Shown: one piece after another, positions 17,757 to 25,654 of the stretch
How positions within the stretch are numbered: the first letter of the stretch is position 1
Layout: the number at the start of each line of letters is the position of its first letter
Origin: an uncultured Collinsella sp.
Lineage (GTDB): Bacteria > Actinomycetota > Coriobacteriia > Coriobacteriales > Coriobacteriaceae
Reading direction: 5' to 3'
NCBI GenBank assembly: GCA_902406375.1
Contig: CABPDL010000003.1
Coordinates: forward strand, 12,125-76,124
DNA: 64,000 nt
Notes under the pieces: generated by a model
What the model was told of the DNA's origin: nothing
The model's input: the letters and a program-made list of their open reading frames with translations, nothing else
Databases searched by the model: none
Made by a program: the position numbers and the translations under genes

Positions 17757-18380
17757 ATGAAGGTTCTTTTGGTCAATGGCAGTCCCAAGGCAAACGGCAA
17801 CACCGCCCGCGCACTCGCCGAAGTCGCCGAGCAACTCAACGCCGAGGGTATCGATACCGAGGTGTTCCAGCTGGGCGCCAAGCCCATTCGCGACTGCATT
17901 GGCTGTGGCCAGTGCGGCAAGCTCGATTGCCGCTGCACCTTTGACGACGACGTGGTGAACGAGCTGATCGCTGCCGCCGAGCAGGCAGATGGCTTTGTCT
18001 TTGGCTCCCCCGTCTACTATGCGCATCCCAGCGGACGCATCCTCTCGGCTCTCGACCGCGCATTCTATGCTGGCAGCAAGGCCTTTGCGCACAAGCCGGG
18101 TGCCGCGGTCGCCGTCGCCCGCCGTGGCGGCACGTCGACCACCTTCGATGTACTCAACAAGTACTTCACTATCAACCAGATGCCCGTGGTGGCCTCCACG
18201 TACTGGAACAACGTCTTTGGTGCCATGCCGGGCGAGGCCACCCAGGACGCCGAGGGCCTGGCCACCATGCGAAACATCGGCAAAAACATGGCCTGGCTCC
18301 TGCGCTGTATCGAGGCAGGACAGGCCGCCGGTATCAACGCACCCGAGGCAGATCGAGCAACGACCAACTTCATTCGATAG
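17757..18380 (+). CDS. Flavodoxin-like NAD(P)H-dependent FMN reductase / iron-sulfur flavoprotein family
   Basis: MKVLLVNGSPKANGNT... is the N-terminus of the FMN_red family. Cys cluster CIGCGQCGKLDCRC as in Isf-type proteins. ATG 17757 lies 6 nt after AGGGAG. Confidence 0.75.
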   Translation: MKVLLVNGSPKANGNTARALAEVAEQLNAEGIDTEVFQLGAKPIRDCIGCGQCGKLDCRCTFDDDVVNELIAAAEQADGFVFGSPVYYAHPSGRILSALDRAFYAGSKAFAHKPGAAVAVARRGGTSTTFDVLNKYFTINQMPVVASTYWNNVFGAMPGEATQDAEGLATMRNIGKNMAWLLRCIEAGQAAGINAPEADRATTNFIR

Positions 18381-18391
18381 AGCGGCGGAGC

Positions 18392-18733
18392 ATGAATATC
18401 CAGATTTTTGGAACCAAAAAGTCTTTCGATACCAAGAAGGCCCAGCGCTATTTTAAGGAGCGCCGCATTAAGGTGCAGTTTATTGACCTTAGGGAAAAGG
18501 AGATGAGCAAGGGCGAGCTCACGAGCGTGATGCAGGCGGTCGGCGGCATCGACAAGCTGCTCAACCCCAAGGCCAAGGACGAGGAGACGCTCGCGCTCAT
18601 CCAGCACCTTACCCCTAGCCAGCGCTTCGACAAACTGCTCGAAAACCAGCAGGTTCTAGCCGAACCCATCGTGCGCAACGGCAAAAAGGCCACCGTCGGT
18701 TATTGCCCCGATGTATGGGGAGCCTGGGAGTAG
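18392..18733 (+). CDS. ArsC/Spx-family protein (Cys-less N-terminal motif)
   Basis: MNIQIFGTKKSFDTKKAQRYFKERRIKVQFIDL... has the fold signature of the ArsC/Spx/YffB family. The usual CxxC/CxxS position reads SFDT. Confidence 0.7.
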   Translation: MNIQIFGTKKSFDTKKAQRYFKERRIKVQFIDLREKEMSKGELTSVMQAVGGIDKLLNPKAKDEETLALIQHLTPSQRFDKLLENQQVLAEPIVRNGKKATVGYCPDVWGAWE

Positions 18734-18819
18734 CCTGTGTTATTTGCCGGCGCGTGGGTATAAGAGCAGGCGTTTGGCATAAGATTCAACTGTAAGCCAT
18801 GTCTAACAAAGGAGGGCAC

Positions 18820-19950
18820 ATGCCCAACAAACCCGTGAAGATCATCATGCTTACCGGATACCTCGGTGCCGGCAAGACCACGCTGCTCAACCACATCCTC
18901 GCTAACGACGGCGGCATCCGCGCCGCCGTGATCGTCAACGATATCGGCGAGATCAATGTCGACGCCAGTCTTATCGCCGACGGCGGCCTTTCCGAGACCG
19001 ACGACCTCATCCCGCTCACCAACGGCTGCATCTGCTGCACGCTTTCGGACGACCTGGCCAACCAGCTGCAGGGCATTGCCGATTCGGGCAAGTTCGACTA
19101 CATCATCATCGAGGCATCGGGTATTTGCGAGCCTATCCCCATCGCCTACACCATCTCGAGCTTCTGCGACGAGGCCAAGGTGGGCGGCGAGCCCAAGCTC
19201 GCGCTCGACAACATCGTGGCCGTGGTCGACTGCGCCCGCATGTACGACGAGTTCAACGGCGGTCGCGACCTGCTGGCTGAGGATATCGACGAGGACGACA
19301 TCGAAAGCCTGCTCATCCAGCAAATCGAGTTCTGCTCCACGCTGATCCTTAACAAGACCGATACCGTGACGCCCGAGCAGATCGCCGAGCTCAAGGCCAT
19401 CGTGCGCAGCCTGCAGAAGGACGCCGTGATCGTCGAGGCCCAAAACGGCGAGGTCCCCATGGAGGAGCTGCTCGATACCGACCGCTTCGACTTTATGCGC
19501 GCCTACAACTCCGCCGCCTGGATCGAGGCCATGGAGCATCCCGAGGAGCACGACGACCCCGAAGTGCTCGAGTACGACATCGAGACCTTTGTGTACTCGC
19601 GCCGCAAGCCGTTTGACCTGCAGAAGTTCACTGATTTTGTTGAGCAGGAGTGGCCCGACGAGGTCATCCGCGTCAAGGGCCCGCTGTGGCAGACCGGTGA
19701 TCCGGACATGTGCTACATGTTTGAGCAGGCCGGCCACCAGATGCGCCTGATGGAGAACGGCCTGTTCGTTGACTCCGCGCCCGAGGGCGAGAAGCAGAAG
19801 ATCATCGACGAGAACCCCGAGATCATGCAAATTTGGGACGACGAGACGGGCGACCGCATGACGAGCCTGTGCATCATCGGCCGTCACATGGACAAGGACG
19901 CGCTCATCGCCTCCCTCGATGCCTGCCTGACCGACTGGCACCGCGCCTAG
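18820..19950 (+). CDS. CobW/COG0523-family GTP-binding metallochaperone
   Basis: P-loop GYLGAGKTTLLNHIL, metal-binding CICCT and the C-terminal CobW_C region. ATG 18820 follows AAGGAGGG. The alternative ATG 18799 lacks an RBS. Confidence 0.85.
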   Translation: MPNKPVKIIMLTGYLGAGKTTLLNHILANDGGIRAAVIVNDIGEINVDASLIADGGLSETDDLIPLTNGCICCTLSDDLANQLQGIADSGKFDYIIIEASGICEPIPIAYTISSFCDEAKVGGEPKLALDNIVAVVDCARMYDEFNGGRDLLAEDIDEDDIESLLIQQIEFCSTLILNKTDTVTPEQIAELKAIVRSLQKDAVIVEAQNGEVPMEELLDTDRFDFMRAYNSAAWIEAMEHPEEHDDPEVLEYDIETFVYSRRKPFDLQKFTDFVEQEWPDEVIRVKGPLWQTGDPDMCYMFEQAGHQMRLMENGLFVDSAPEGEKQKIIDENPEIMQIWDDETGDRMTSLCIIGRHMDKDALIASLDACLTDWHRA

Positions 19951-19990
19951 GTTTATCCAAGCGGGCATTTTTCCGCCTATGTAACTGCCA

Positions 19991-20026
19991 AACCACCACG
20001 AAGGTGCCCTTCGTGGTGGTTTTTCG
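19991..20026 (+). terminator. Rho-independent terminator
   Basis: AACCACCACGAAGG (19991-20004) / CCTTCGTGGTGGTT (20008-20021) followed by TTTT. Confidence 0.75.
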
Positions 20027-20045
20027 TTCTGAGCCAAGGAGATTC

Positions 20046-20645
20046 ATGTTCAACATTGTGCTGTATGCGCCCGAGATTCCGGCCAATACGGGCAATATCG
20101 GCCGCACCTGCGTGGTTACCGGCACCCGCCTGCATCTGGTGGAGCCGCTGGGGTTTTCGCTCGACGACAAGACGGTACGTCGCGCCGGCCTGGGCTACTG
20201 GCAAAACTTGGACGTGACGACCTATGCCGGCTGGGAGGACTTCCTTGCGCGCAATGACCTCTCCCCTGCCGACGAACGCCTGCATCTGCTGACCAAAAAG
20301 GCACGCCGCACCTATGCGCAGAGTACCTACCGCGATGGCGACTACTTGGTCTTTGGCAGCGAGAGCTCGGGCATTCCCGAGGAGCTACTCGCTGCAGCGC
20401 CCACGTGCTGCGAGCGCATCCCGATGCTGCGCGATTGCGATTCGCTTGACAACGCCGAGGCCTGGGAAACCCACGAGGAATCGCTGGGGCATACCGAGGA
20501 CAGCCACGAGGCCATCCTTCAACAGGACATCTGCGGCAACTTCGTCAATCCGAACGACTACCGCATCAGCGCACTCAACCTCTCCAACAGCGCCGCCATC
20601 GTCCTCTACGAGGCTCTGCGCCAAACAGGCTTTCCGGGAATGTGA
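20046..20645 (+). CDS. trmL: tRNA (cytidine/uridine-2'-O)-methyltransferase TrmL (SpoU/TrmH family) with an ~41-aa acidic insertion
   Basis: MFNIVLYAPEIPANTGNIGRTC...DGDYLVFGSESSGIP...ERIPM...LNLSNSAAIVLYEALRQ parallels E. coli TrmL as I recall it ([22 protein letters not shown]...IRIPM-VPGSR-SMNLSNAV...). ATG 20046 after AAGGAG. Confidence 0.8.
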   Translation: MFNIVLYAPEIPANTGNIGRTCVVTGTRLHLVEPLGFSLDDKTVRRAGLGYWQNLDVTTYAGWEDFLARNDLSPADERLHLLTKKARRTYAQSTYRDGDYLVFGSESSGIPEELLAAAPTCCERIPMLRDCDSLDNAEAWETHEESLGHTEDSHEAILQQDICGNFVNPNDYRISALNLSNSAAIVLYEALRQTGFPGM

Positions 20646-20669
20646 CAAAGGAACTTTCCCTTTGTTACA
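20641..20669. repeat. Palindromic repeat, family TGTGACAAAGGnnnnnCCTTTGTCACA (copy 1), overlapping the trmL stop codon
   Basis: TGTGACAAAGGAACTTTCCCTTTGTTACA. Related copies at 21896-21928, 25629-25654, 53182-53207 and 54786-54814. Confidence 0.6.
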
Positions 20670-20789
20670 TTCAAGCGCCACGCCGATGGCACGCACGCCT
20701 AATTGATGCTCTAGATAAAGAGCCCTCATTTTTAATCAGAATTAACTAAAGTAAAATGAAGTTAAACGGCGGTGTGAAAGGAGAGCCTT

Positions 20790-21890
20790 GTGAAATACCT
20801 CGAAAACCCGTTTACCCCTAGTTTTGGTGAGGTTCCTGCCCATCTCGCTGGCAGACAACAGATTATTCGGGATTTGGACCGTGCCTTCTTGAGCCAGCGC
20901 AGGCGCCCAGAATTGACCTCGATCTTCTCGGGCGCGCGTGGAACCGGTAAAACCGCTCTCATGTCGTCGCTCGCGACAAGGGCGGAATCCCACGGCTGGA
21001 TAGCCGTAAAGACGACCGCGCTCCCGGGAATGCTTGAGGAAATCGAGCTCGGGACGAAACGTGCCGCAGCCCATCTCATCGACTCGTCCACCCACTTCGA
21101 AGTCACCGGCCTCGGAATTGCACCGCTCGGCAGCATCGAGGTCAATCGCGTTCACGATGCCTCAACCTGGCGTTATCGCATGAGCGACATCATCGACCAG
21201 CTCAACGAGGCGGGCACCGGTCTGCTCGTCACGGTTGACGAGGTGGACCCGACACTCGACGAGATGATTCAGCTTGCAGCGACGTATCAGCACTTTGTGA
21301 CCGATGGGAAACGCGTCGCCCTGCTCATGGCGGGACTTCCCAACAACGTCTCGACGTTGCTGAACCACAAGACGGTCTCGTTCCTTCGCCGCGCCCAACA
21401 ATATCATCTGGGTCGCATTGCCGACTATGACGTACGCGAGGCCTTGATTCGCACAATTCAGGAAAACGATCGCCTGGCAGATGCTGAGGGAATCGATAGA
21501 GCCGTTCGCTCGATCTCTGGTTTTCCCTTCCTATTGCAACTCGTAGGCTACCGTGCCTGGGATCTCACAAGCGATTCGAAGGAAATCTCGTCACGCGACT
21601 TTGACCTGGGAATCAAAATCGCGCGTGACGAGATGGACGACCGAATCCTTGCGGCAACCTATCGGGAACTCACTGCAGAGGACAAGCGATTCCTCATCGC
21701 CATGCTCGATGACGAGGAAGAGTCCACCACCGCTGACCTTGTCGAGCGCCTTAAGCGTTCGCCGCAGCAGGTCTCCCGCTACCGACGCCGCATGATAGAT
21801 GCCGGCATCATTGGAGAACGCGGGCGCGGAATCGTCGCTTTTGAATTGCCATTCTTCCGCGACTATCTCGCCGCTCAGTGCGTGAAATAG
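20790..21890 (+). CDS. ORC/Cdc6-like AAA ATPase with C-terminal winged-helix domain (ATP-binding protein), paralog 1
   Basis: GTG 20790 after GAAAGGAGAG. N-terminal NPFTPSFG...AGR motif, Walker A SGARGTGKTAL, Walker B LLVTVDEV, C-terminal wHTH-like ...EDKRFLIAMLDDEEESTTADLVERLKRSPQQVSRYRRRMIDAGII. Confidence 0.7.
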   Translation: MKYLENPFTPSFGEVPAHLAGRQQIIRDLDRAFLSQRRRPELTSIFSGARGTGKTALMSSLATRAESHGWIAVKTTALPGMLEEIELGTKRAAAHLIDSSTHFEVTGLGIAPLGSIEVNRVHDASTWRYRMSDIIDQLNEAGTGLLVTVDEVDPTLDEMIQLAATYQHFVTDGKRVALLMAGLPNNVSTLLNHKTVSFLRRAQQYHLGRIADYDVREALIRTIQENDRLADAEGIDRAVRSISGFPFLLQLVGYRAWDLTSDSKEISSRDFDLGIKIARDEMDDRILAATYRELTAEDKRFLIAMLDDEEESTTADLVERLKRSPQQVSRYRRRMIDAGIIGERGRGIVAFELPFFRDYLAAQCVK

Positions 21891-21895
21891 GCATC

Positions 21896-21928
21896 AATGA
21901 GGCAAAGGGGCTGTCCCTTTGCCTCATT
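21896..21928. terminator. Palindrome (family copy 2) acting as a likely bidirectional terminator between convergent genes
   Basis: AATGAGGCAAAGGG-GCTGT-CCCTTTGCCTCATT, a perfect 14-bp stem. Confidence 0.6.
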
Positions 21929-21930
21929 GT

Positions 21931-24435
21931 CTATAGGTAGCGACCGGTAATGCTCTTGGAGCAGGCCGCGATGTCGCCTGGCGTACCGGCGCAGACGATT
22001 TGCCCGCCGGCGCCACCACCGCCCGGGCCCATGTCGATCACGTAATCGGCGTTACGGATAAGGTCGAGATCGTGCTCGATCACGATAACCGTGGCGCCCT
22101 TGGCAACGAGACCGTCAAACACGTTCAGCAGCACCTGAACATCGAGCGGATGTAGTCCAATCGTGGGCTCGTCGAACACGAATACGGCATCATCCTGCAC
22201 GCGGCCCATCTCGCTCGCAAGCTTAAGACGCTGTGCCTCGCCGCCCGAAAGCGCCGGCGTGGGCTCACCAAGCGTGAGATAGCCCAATCCCAGGTCGTGC
22301 AAGGTCTGCAAGCGCGTCTGAACTTTCTTGAGTCCCAGCGTGGCGTCGATAGCCTCGTCCACACTCATGTCCATGAGCTGCGGCAACGTAAGCAGGCTCC
22401 CGTCCTTGCCCTCGCGATGGATATGCGAAGCCGCGTCTGCATAACGTGAGCCGCGACATGCCGGGCAAACGATCTCGACATCGGGCAAAAACTGCACGTC
22501 GAGCGATATCGAACCCGTGCCATCGCACGTGGGGCAGCGCAAGGCACCGGTGTTGTAGCTAAAGGCACCTGCCTTGTAGCCGGCTGCCTTGGCCTCGGAC
22601 GTACGGGCGAAGGCGCGGCGCAATTCATCATGGATGTCGGCATAGGTCGCTACCGTCGAGCGAACGTTGGCGCCGATGGGCGTGGCGTCAATCAGATTGG
22701 CGCGGGCAATGCCTTCGGCATCGACCCAGCGCACGTGCCCCGGCAGGCGCTCGCCGGCTGCCTGCGCCTTAAGCGCCGGGATGAGCGTCTCAAGCACCAA
22801 CGTCGTCTTACCCGAACCCGAAACGCCCGTCACCGCAACGAGACGGCCGCGCGGGATATCGACCTCGAGCGGCTTGACGGTATGGATGGTATCGGTCGCC
22901 ATACGGATATGACCCTGGTCGAACATTTCGTCGTCAGCCACTTGCGGGCGCAAGCGCTTGGGCTCGGCGCGCAAAAACGGCGCGATACGGCTGCCCCGCG
23001 ATTGTTCGACCTCGCCTACCGTACCGGCGGCGATCACGTTGCCGCCACCTGCTCCGGCAACGGGGCCCATCTCAACCAGATAATCAGCCTCGGCCAGCAC
23101 GCGCGTGTCGTGGTCGACAACAACCACGGTGTTGCCGTCATCCACCAGATCGCGCATCACGCCCACCAAGCCGTCGACATTGGCGGGATGCAAGCCGATC
23201 GAAGGCTCGTCCAGCACATAAAGCACACCTGTCGATCGATTACGCACCACGCGGGCAAGCTGCACGCGCTGGCGCTCACCCGTGGAGAGCGTGGCACCGG
23301 CGCGGTCGAGTGAAAGGTAATCGAGTCCCAGGTCGACTAGACGACGGGCCGCGCTCAAAAACGAATCGCAGATATCCGTCACCATGGGCCGCATCTCGGA
23401 CGGCAAGGATGCGGGCACCCCGCGCACCCACTCAATCGCCTCGCCCAGCGTCATAGCCGCCGCCTGCGCCAGATTGATACCGCGCACCTGGGGCTGGCGT
23501 GCAGCCTCGGAGAGACGCGTGCCGCCGCAATCGCGGCATGGGCCCTCGCGCAAAAAGCGCGCAACGCGTTTTAAGCCCTTATCGTCCTTGACCTTGGCGA
23601 GCGCATTCTCGACGGTATAGACGGCGTTGTAATAGGTAAAGTCGAGCGGCGTGGCGCCCTCGCCGTTTTTGGGAACGTAGAGAATGTGCTTCTTAACCGC
23701 CGGACCGTGGAACACGATATCGCGCTCTTGAGGCGTGAGCTGGTTAAACGGCACGTCGGTGCGCACGCCCATCTCGCCTGCCACCTGCTTCATCAGATCC
23801 CACATGAGCGTGCCCCAAGGAAGCACCGCGCCCTCGTTGATAGTCTTCGACTCATCGGGCACCAGGCTCGCTTCGTCCACCTCGCGCATAACGCCTGTGC
23901 CGCCACAAGTGGGACACGCGCCGCCGCTATTGAAAGCCAAATCCTCGGCACTCGGCGCGTAGAACTCGCGGTCGCATGTCGGACACGTGAGCGACAGGCC
24001 TGCGGCCACGTTAAGGCTCGGCTCCACGCGCGCCCCGCAGTGCGGGCACACGTGATGGGCGCAGCGGCTAAAGAGCAGACGCAGGCTATTGTTGAGCTCG
24101 GTCATGGTGCCAAAAGTGGAACGCACGCCCGGCACGCTGGGGCGCTGGTGCAGCGCGAGCGCCGCCGGTACGTGCAGCACCTCGTCCACTTGGGCGTGCT
24201 CGGCCTGCGTCAGACGACGGCGGGTATAGGTGCTGAGCGCCTCCAGGTAACGACGCGAGCCCTCGGCATAAAGAACCCCCAGCGCCAGCGAGCTCTTGCC
24301 CGAACCCGACACGCCGGCAATACCCACGAGCTTTCCCAGCGGAATATCGATATCGACGTCCTTGAGGTTATGGACACGCGCGCCACGCACCTCGATAGCC
24401 TGCGGGCTCATCTTCTGTTCTGTCACCTTTATCAC
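21931..24435 (-). CDS. UvrA paralog (class II excinuclease-ABC subunit A-like, about 830 aa)
   Basis: Two ABC modules (GVSGSGKSSL and GVSGSGKTTL), signature LSGGE/LSTGE, and Zn modules CPHCG...CPTCD, CPTCGGTG, CRDCGGTR, CPTCDGTG...CPACRGSR. It is roughly 100+ aa shorter than canonical UvrA. The start is either GTG 24435 (1 nt after the upstream stop) or ATG 24411. Confidence 0.85.
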   Translation of the reverse strand: MIKVTEQKMSPQAIEVRGARVHNLKDVDIDIPLGKLVGIAGVSGSGKSSLALGVLYAEGSRRYLEALSTYTRRRLTQAEHAQVDEVLHVPAALALHQRPSVPGVRSTFGTMTELNNSLRLLFSRCAHHVCPHCGARVEPSLNVAAGLSLTCPTCDREFYAPSAEDLAFNSGGACPTCGGTGVMREVDEASLVPDESKTINEGAVLPWGTLMWDLMKQVAGEMGVRTDVPFNQLTPQERDIVFHGPAVKKHILYVPKNGEGATPLDFTYYNAVYTVENALAKVKDDKGLKRVARFLREGPCRDCGGTRLSEAARQPQVRGINLAQAAAMTLGEAIEWVRGVPASLPSEMRPMVTDICDSFLSAARRLVDLGLDYLSLDRAGATLSTGERQRVQLARVVRNRSTGVLYVLDEPSIGLHPANVDGLVGVMRDLVDDGNTVVVVDHDTRVLAEADYLVEMGPVAGAGGGNVIAAGTVGEVEQSRGSRIAPFLRAEPKRLRPQVADDEMFDQGHIRMATDTIHTVKPLEVDIPRGRLVAVTGVSGSGKTTLVLETLIPALKAQAAGERLPGHVRWVDAEGIARANLIDATPIGANVRSTVATYADIHDELRRAFARTSEAKAAGYKAGAFSYNTGALRCPTCDGTGSISLDVQFLPDVEIVCPACRGSRYADAASHIHREGKDGSLLTLPQLMDMSVDEAIDATLGLKKVQTRLQTLHDLGLGYLTLGEPTPALSGGEAQRLKLASEMGRVQDDAVFVFDEPTIGLHPLDVQVLLNVFDGLVAKGATVIVIEHDLDLIRNADYVIDMGPGGGGAGGQIVCAGTPGDIAACSKSITGRYL

Positions 24436-24436
24436 C

Positions 24437-25555
24437 CTACTCGTGCCATAAAATGCGATCGCTAATGTACGCGCCCAGCATGGGCACGGTAAATCGGACG
24501 AGGCCGTATCCGGCAGCCTCGATGACGCGCTCGCGAATCAGGCTTGCGCGATATTTGCTCGCCCAGCTTTGGGTGCGATCGCAACGCTCAATGATATCCG
24601 CCATACGCGTCGGTTTACCCTCGTCAGCAGCCATGGCCTCGATAAAGAGGCGTTGCGGACTGCGCAATCCATAATACAGGGGCGCGTCGACCGCTTCGTA
24701 GAACTCGGAGGCGGCATCCGCATGGCCATCCTCGACATCGCGCCTTTCGATGACCTGCGAGCCACGCCGGACAGCAGACCGCCACATGTAATAGCCCACC
24801 AGCTGAACCATATAGGGATGCCCCATGCTTTTGCGCGCCGCAAGGTCCGCCGTCTCCGCGTCAACGTAAAGACCAGCGTCTTTGACCGTCTGGATATACG
24901 AATCGCGCACCTTGGGCAAAGATATCGCCCCCAGCGTACGCTGCTGGGCACGCCGCAAAAACGTCACGCTCGGCTCTTCGAGCAGATCGTCAACCATACT
25001 GGGTAAGCCGGCAAAAACAAGCGCAAGGCCGCGCTGGTCGCTATCGGACAAGCCCGTGGCATCCTGGTCTCCGAGCACCTGTTGATAGAGAACGGCAAGA
25101 GCCGCCAGCTCCTCGATAGACGCAGATTGAGCCTCGTCAATCGCAAACAGTATGCCCTTGCCTGGACCGAGCTTCTTGAGGCGCTCGTTGACCAGCCCTC
25201 GCAACGTCTCGCCCTTTGCTCGCGCCGCCTCGACTGACATCCGCCCAAATGACGGACCGAACTCCATTGACGTTACAACGGGTTTATTCGAGCGAAGCGC
25301 GTCGGCCAAGCGGTCGCATAAGCCAAGCGAAGCGGAATCGGAGACAACCGCCCATCCGCGCTCACTGGCCAGACGTTGCAGCTCCCGCAGGAGAACTGTC
25401 TTGCCGCAGCCGCGGTTTCCCGTAATGAGCATGAGCCTACCCGGCGCTCCGGCGCCGTTATCGAGCCCTTCCTCGAAATCTTCGATGACCGACTCGCGAC
25501 CGATGAGTATCGGAGGCCGCTTGCCTGCCGTTGGCTTAAAGGGATTTGGATTCAT
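24437..25555 (-). CDS. ORC/Cdc6-like AAA ATPase with C-terminal winged-helix domain, paralog 2
   Basis: ATG 25555 lies 5 nt after GAGGAGG. NPFKPTAGKRPP..IGR, Walker A TGNRGCGKTVL, Walker B ILFAIDEA, C-terminal wHTH-like region. Its stop TAG 24437-24439 abuts the uvrA-paralog start. Confidence 0.7.
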   Translation of the reverse strand: MNPNPFKPTAGKRPPILIGRESVIEDFEEGLDNGAGAPGRLMLITGNRGCGKTVLLRELQRLASERGWAVVSDSASLGLCDRLADALRSNKPVVTSMEFGPSFGRMSVEAARAKGETLRGLVNERLKKLGPGKGILFAIDEAQSASIEELAALAVLYQQVLGDQDATGLSDSDQRGLALVFAGLPSMVDDLLEEPSVTFLRRAQQRTLGAISLPKVRDSYIQTVKDAGLYVDAETADLAARKSMGHPYMVQLVGYYMWRSAVRRGSQVIERRDVEDGHADAASEFYEAVDAPLYYGLRSPQRLFIEAMAADEGKPTRMADIIERCDRTQSWASKYRASLIRERVIEAAGYGLVRFTVPMLGAYISDRILWHE

Positions 25556-25590
25556 GTCGGCCTCCTCGGATTGGCAAACCCTGGTAATAG

Positions 25591-25620
25591 TTATACCAAC
25601 TTATACCGAGTTATACCAAT
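25591..25620. repeat. Three perfectly phased 10-bp direct repeats (TTATACCAAC / TTATACCGAG / TTATACCAAT) in the 5' region of ATPase paralog 2
   Basis: Read directly. On the coding (minus) strand the unit is TTGGTATAA, a -10-like or operator-like sequence, 36-65 nt upstream of ATG 25555. Confidence 0.6.
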
Positions 25621-25628
25621 AGCATGGA

Positions 25629-25654
25629 ACAAAAGGAACTGCCCCTTTGTCACA
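25629..25654. repeat. Palindromic repeat family copy 3 (degenerate), overlapping the stop codon of the Tet(M)-like gene
   Basis: ACAAAAGGAACTGCCCCTTTGTCACA. On the minus strand the gene ends ...CAC ATG TGA CAAAGG. Confidence 0.5.

Noticed and set aside
18734-18819. Zur box upstream of the COG0523 metallochaperone gene, which would indicate a zinc-starvation regulon.
   Set aside because: No AT-rich palindrome of the Zur type is visible in the 86-nt upstream region.
20427-20561. Intein or mobile-element origin of the TrmL insertion.
   Set aside because: It is far too short for an intein and has no Cys/Ser...His-Asn splice junctions. There are no flanking repeats, and the codon usage is like the rest of the gene.
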